64,000 bases of DNA from an uncultured virus (IMG/VR IMGVR_UViG_3300048006_000261) (taxonomy: Duplodnaviria; Heunggongvirae; Uroviricota; Caudoviricetes), in the IMG/VR virus record IMGVR_UViG_3300048006_000261; one strand, written 5' to 3'. Numbering within the stretch: the stretch's first letter is position 1; every line of letters begins with the position of its first letter. A program made the translations under genes and the position numbers. A model generated the notes under the pieces. It ran no database searches and was not told where the DNA came from. It worked only from the letters and a program-made list of their open reading frames with translations. Below are positions 59,913 to 64,000 of this stretch, in pieces.

Positions 59913-60550
59913 AATTTGTCGTTATATATATGCATGTTATGTGCGTGATGGTAATACCATCCGACGTCAATAGACAGTCTCTCTGCAATCATTTTTTGTA
60001 ATGATGAAAATTGATATTGATCGTTACAGAAACCGTACCAGATGTCATTAGAACGCATATAAACAGACATATTTAGTTTATTGTCTATTATTGTAAATTG
60101 TATTGCATAGGTACAAGGTGTATCGTTACGATACTTATCAAACTCTTTGCAATCATATATACTAATAGCCGCGTGTCTAGTATTGGGGTTTTCTCTTAAT
60201 TTACCAACTACATAATCTATTTGATTATTACGTTGCCATTGATAACCGTAGTTACTATTTACTTCTCTATCGCTATTAGCCATCTTTTCCCATATAGGTG
60301 GAACTTTACCATACAGTTCACCTAACTTGTCTATACTAGGATCGCCTGATAAATACCATTGCCATTCGGCTTCTGCATATTCATGAGACCATTTTCTGAA
60401 TTTGTTTTTGATATGATTGTCTAATGGATCTTCTATTGTGAAGCCTACATTAAACAAAGCTTTAGTATTATCAAAATCTACACCTTCAGTAATTAAGTCG
60501 TGCATTACACAGTTGAAAGCCTCGTTTGCATTTAAAAATTTATTTCGCAT
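59909..60550 (-). CDS. Thymidylate-synthase-family enzyme, dCMP hydroxymethylase-like
   Basis: YGYQW, DTPCT, MRSNDIWYGFCND (Asp at the specificity position), HIY; likely start MRNKF. Confidence 0.8.
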   Translation of the reverse strand: MRNKFLNANEAFNCVMHDLITEGVDFDNTKALFNVGFTIEDPLDNHIKNKFRKWSHEYAEAEWQWYLSGDPSIDKLGELYGKVPPIWEKMANSDREVNSNYGYQWQRNNQIDYVVGKLRENPNTRHAAISIYDCKEFDKYRNDTPCTYAIQFTIIDNKLNMSVYMRSNDIWYGFCNDQYQFSSLQKMIAERLSIDVGWYYHHAHNMHIYNDKL

Positions 60551-60794
60551 ATTTTTCGTAATAATATTTATAATAGTTAAATATAACTTCCCATAGTTCT
60601 CTGGAATCATAGTATTTAGGTGATCTGTTGACCTTACCATTTATCTGTATATCTATATACCAACTCATAAAGTTTTCTTTACAAAATGGAGATATGTATA
60701 TTCCATTGTTTATACACCAATGATAGCATTTAAATTCGTAGCTATCATATGAGTATGCGGGTTGTTTTTGTTTTTTCTTTCTCATGCTTCCCAA
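60540..60794 (-). CDS. Hypothetical protein
   Basis: 84-aa ORF. Confidence 0.6.
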   Translation of the reverse strand: MGSMRKKKQKQPAYSYDSYEFKCYHWCINNGIYISPFCKENFMSWYIDIQINGKVNRSPKYYDSRELWEVIFNYYKYYYEKYAK

Positions 60795-62500
60795 GGCATT
60801 GGCTCAGTTTCATCTACAGCATTTAACTGTGGTATAAATGAACCAGACCTGTGTTCCCATGTAAAAAACGATTCAGCGCCATTTTCACCTAGATTTTGAA
60901 ACTTACATTTTAATACTTTTACTTTAGTATTTTTAGCTTCATAATCTCTATGTACTAACAGACCGTGATAACTAGCATCATACCATTCACCACCACCTTT
61001 TATGTTGTACATTGTAGGTTCTTCTATTTTACCATCTTGGCCTTTATACATTTTAGTTGGATGTGCTACTATAAACGTTAAAACATCATACTTTTTACAA
61101 AAGGCTTCTATCTTTGCTAGATAGTCCATAGTATATCTGTTCACATCATCTGAAACTGCATTTGTATCTCTAACCTTATTAAACGGATCAATAACTAAAC
61201 ATTTAATACCTTTACGTTTAACTAGCTCAGCACCTTTACGTAATACTGATTCTAAGCTATACTTATCCATATCTATAAAATAATAGTTATCATTTACATG
61301 ATCTGAAACTTCTTTCCATTTGCTATTACCTATATCACCAGGCGCAGGCATATCACCCCAAGTCTTACGCATAAGCTTGTGGGCGTGTAAATAAATAGGT
61401 GCGTTTTCAGGACTAGCAAAAGCTGTCTTCCAACCATACTGTTTATTATAACCAACTACCATCTGATCAACGAAGTCAGACTTTCCGCTACTAGGTATCC
61501 CAGTAACAGTGATGAACTGCCCAGTATAAGTACTAAAAACATCGTCAAAATTAGACAGCCCAACTTGGAAGCCAGGTTTGAAACCATTTTTAACAAAATC
61601 TTTAAGTTCATTTTCTATATTTTTTAGTGTTGTTACATTTTCTAAAGGTACTGGTTGCGCCGTGTGTATAGCAGAACGTAAAGCATCTACTCCGTGTTTT
61701 AGTAAATACTCGTTAGAATCTTTGCAGTCTACAAAATCTACTATAAAACAATTTTCAGCACCTAACCTACGTATAAACTCTTGTTTAAGCATTTGGCCAG
61801 GTTCATCAGCATCAACCGCTAGTATTATCTTTTCTTTGTCATCAAAATAATCTATACAGTTATCAAGATAGTCTAAATTATTGTGGTTTAACGTTGCACC
61901 GTTTGGTACTGATATTACGTTAGGCACACCTGCCTCGTGTAGGGCTAGAACGTCCATTTCGCCTTCAACTATAACACAACTGTTATGACCTACAATACTG
62001 TTAATATTGTAAAATACTTTTTCAGCTCCTTTGTATAGTTTAAAGTTTTTACGTCCATCTCTATATTTTACATTGATAAGTTGATTACCTATGTAATAGT
62101 TAAATTTTATTGTATTCTCAGTCTTACCTGTCTGTGGCATAAACTCAGGACCCTCGCTGACATCTAAGTCAATGAGAGTCTTCTGAGATATACCTCGAGA
62201 CTTAAACCAATCAACAACTTTACTACTTGGTACCGTAAGCTCTTGAGCTACAGGGCGAACGTATTCACGATCGCTAGTACCTTTACGTTGATACGTGTGT
62301 AGTTGAAAAGTTGAATCACAGTTGTGACAAGTACCGAGACCACGTTCCCAATCATAAGAAGCACATTTAAGCTTTTTGTTTTTAGGCTTTCTAGTGTGTG
62401 AGCACAAAGGACAAGTCCCTTGCGTCTTACCAACTTCTAGCTTGTGTTGATTGAACTCATCAATCTTAAACCCATTGATCTCTATTTCTTCTACTTGCAT
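60782..62500 (-). CDS. Primase-helicase (T7 gp4/Twinkle-like)
   Basis: Zn finger CPLC...CHNC, TOPRIM EGEMD and DAD, GIPSSGKS, IDPFN, VAHP. Confidence 0.92.
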   Translation of the reverse strand: MQVEEIEINGFKIDEFNQHKLEVGKTQGTCPLCSHTRKPKNKKLKCASYDWERGLGTCHNCDSTFQLHTYQRKGTSDREYVRPVAQELTVPSSKVVDWFKSRGISQKTLIDLDVSEGPEFMPQTGKTENTIKFNYYIGNQLINVKYRDGRKNFKLYKGAEKVFYNINSIVGHNSCVIVEGEMDVLALHEAGVPNVISVPNGATLNHNNLDYLDNCIDYFDDKEKIILAVDADEPGQMLKQEFIRRLGAENCFIVDFVDCKDSNEYLLKHGVDALRSAIHTAQPVPLENVTTLKNIENELKDFVKNGFKPGFQVGLSNFDDVFSTYTGQFITVTGIPSSGKSDFVDQMVVGYNKQYGWKTAFASPENAPIYLHAHKLMRKTWGDMPAPGDIGNSKWKEVSDHVNDNYYFIDMDKYSLESVLRKGAELVKRKGIKCLVIDPFNKVRDTNAVSDDVNRYTMDYLAKIEAFCKKYDVLTFIVAHPTKMYKGQDGKIEEPTMYNIKGGGEWYDASYHGLLVHRDYEAKNTKVKVLKCKFQNLGENGAESFFTWEHRSGSFIPQLNAVDETEPMPWEA

Positions 62501-62509
62501 TTAATTTAA

Positions 62510-62602
62510 TTAAAATTCTTCTTCGTCTCTACAATCTGGACATATGTCGCAGAACAAATACTCGTCCTGCGTCATACCTTGTCCACATATTTCACATTCC
62601 AT
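62510..62602 (-). CDS. 30-aa zinc-finger microprotein (not in ORF track)
   Basis: MECEICGQGMTQDEYLFCDICPDCRDEEEF*. Confidence 0.55.
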   Translation of the reverse strand: MECEICGQGMTQDEYLFCDICPDCRDEEEF

Positions 62603-62913
62603 TAAAATGGTAGATCATCTGCAACAGCCGCAGACGGAGCTGGAGCTTGTTGTTGTTGATCATCTCTTGGTGCAACCGCGACGTTATCGCCGTTCGTCCA
62701 TACTACCTTTACATTACCTAAGTAAGTCTTAGCAGTTTTAGCATCTCTTTCCTCTTTTGACTGTTGAACAGACACAGGACCTTGATTGCCAAACTGATCT
62801 AACTCATCGTTTAATGTAATAGTTATCGGTAAGTATTTACCTTTCTTACCTATAATAATTTTATCCTTAGGTATAGCGTTAAGGTTTATACTTGTTGCTA
62901 TTATACTTGCCAT
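62602..62913 (-). CDS. Single-stranded DNA-binding protein-like
   Basis: C-terminal DDLPF tail; likely start MASIIAT. Confidence 0.7.
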   Translation of the reverse strand: MASIIATSINLNAIPKDKIIIGKKGKYLPITITLNDELDQFGNQGPVSVQQSKEERDAKTAKTYLGNVKVVWTNGDNVAVAPRDDQQQQAPAPSAAVADDLPF

Positions 62914-62914
62914 A

Positions 62915-63097
62915 TTATGCGTATTGATTAATTTGATTAAACATTCTCGCCATCTGATCCTTAGTAGCACCAGTGGTTCTTCGTAGATTATCTACTGCTT
63001 TAACATGTGTTTGGTTCGTGTAAAAATTGTTTACACTAGTTTCCATACCTGTTACTGAACAAACTCTAGTTTGCGTTTTTTTAGTTCTTCTTGCCAT
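62915..63097 (-). CDS. Hypothetical protein
   Basis: 60-aa ORF. Confidence 0.55.
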   Translation of the reverse strand: MARRTKKTQTRVCSVTGMETSVNNFYTNQTHVKAVDNLRRTTGATKDQMARMFNQINQYA

Positions 63098-63107
63098 AAT
63101 TATTATA

Positions 63108-63851
63108 TTAAAGTGTTTTGCTTATGAAATATTGTTTAGGATCGAAACCCTCGGATTGGTAGAACAGCTCATAAGCTTTTTCTGCTCTATCAACCTTGTC
63201 TTTACCTGAAGCATAAAACTCAGGTGAGCAATCAAATATTCCTATTTGATGTGTTGTTTTGTCTATTACTATAAATATCATGTCGTAGCCAAATAACTTT
63301 CTGTATATGTAAGCCTGTGAATCGTAATTGTATTTAGAAGCTGACCATCTAAATTTTTGTATATCAGCTGTGGTTTTTAAATCAACCACTAGTTTTTCTG
63401 CATGATTTACTATATCAGCTTTACCTTTCCAAACATAATCATTTACTTTACCTACACCTGGTACTTCGTAATCAATTTTTACTTTGTTATCAGTACCTCT
63501 TATTAAGTCTCTACAAACCTCATTGTTTAGCATTTTGTCTGTCATTAACTCTATGCCATCAACCTCATGTTGTAATAAACACAACTCGCCACCCGACATT
63601 TCTTTATACATCTTAGTATTTCTACTTGATGATTCTACAATCTTATACTTTTTAAGCTTGTCTGGCTCAAGTATACATGTGTGAAAGTAACCACCTACAA
63701 GAAATGCAGAGCTAGGTTTACTTGGCTTTTTAAACGCTAGTGGGTTATTAAGCAAAGTACCTATATCTGAGTTGCTCAAGTATTGCCTTCCAAAGTCGCC
63801 ATAATAATGTTCATCATTTTCTAACTTTTTCAGGATCTCTTTTTTGTTCAT
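63108..63851 (-). CDS. RecE/exonuclease VIII-like PD-(D/E)XK nuclease
   Basis: GGYFHTCILEP, KGKAD, VDLKTT, YDSQAYIY. Confidence 0.85.
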   Translation of the reverse strand: MNKKEILKKLENDEHYYGDFGRQYLSNSDIGTLLNNPLAFKKPSKPSSAFLVGGYFHTCILEPDKLKKYKIVESSSRNTKMYKEMSGGELCLLQHEVDGIELMTDKMLNNEVCRDLIRGTDNKVKIDYEVPGVGKVNDYVWKGKADIVNHAEKLVVDLKTTADIQKFRWSASKYNYDSQAYIYRKLFGYDMIFIVIDKTTHQIGIFDCSPEFYASGKDKVDRAEKAYELFYQSEGFDPKQYFISKTL

Positions 63852-64000
63852 ACTATAGTGTTAATAATTCTTTCTCAATTAATTCATCGAGAGCATATTT
63901 ATTTTTAATAGTTTCTACTTTACCACCTGCTTTTACATAATCTATAGCTTTTTGATAAGCTGGATCTTTCTTTGAGGTTAAAGTTGGTTTTTTAGGTACG

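Noticed and set aside
1..64000. Alternative genetic code as in some crAss-like phages
   Set aside because: Long genes are intact under the standard code and coding density is high.

Overview
This AT-rich 64 kb window is most of the genome of a tailed (podovirus-like) bacteriophage. A Bacteroidota/Flavobacteriia host is inferred from the SD-less A/T-rich leaders and the crAss-like order terL-portal-scaffold-MCP-ring proteins-tail stabilisation-ejection proteins. Layout: (i) 1-5000, minus-strand small early genes, six copies of a bipartite promoter-like motif, and a cassette of small structured RNAs (tRNA-Met, a minimal tmRNA-like tRNA domain with G3-U70, three stem-closed RNAs); (ii) about 5100-5450, a divergent intergenic region with TGTCA repeats; (iii) 5489-52744, plus-strand GroEL/GroES, virion, tail-fibre, packaging, ejection and envelope/lysis genes; (iv) 52725-64000, minus-strand glycosyltransferases, JmjC oxygenase, NrdAB, MazG, a dCMP-hydroxymethylase-type ThyA homologue, primase-helicase, SSB and exonuclease. 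The most striking observation is that two neighbouring Thr-rich fibre proteins (15495-18110 and 18673-20814) are 'reverse-complementary' at the amino-acid level over about 690 residues: aligned antiparallel, Arg/Lys of one faces Phe/Tyr of the other with matching irregular spacings, suggesting a sequence-programmed antiparallel heteromeric beta-zipper. Second, the 2397-aa ejection protein looks like a KFSK-delimited polyprotein with zincin, sigma70-like and HAD domains. All calls are by eye from motifs; no searches were run.
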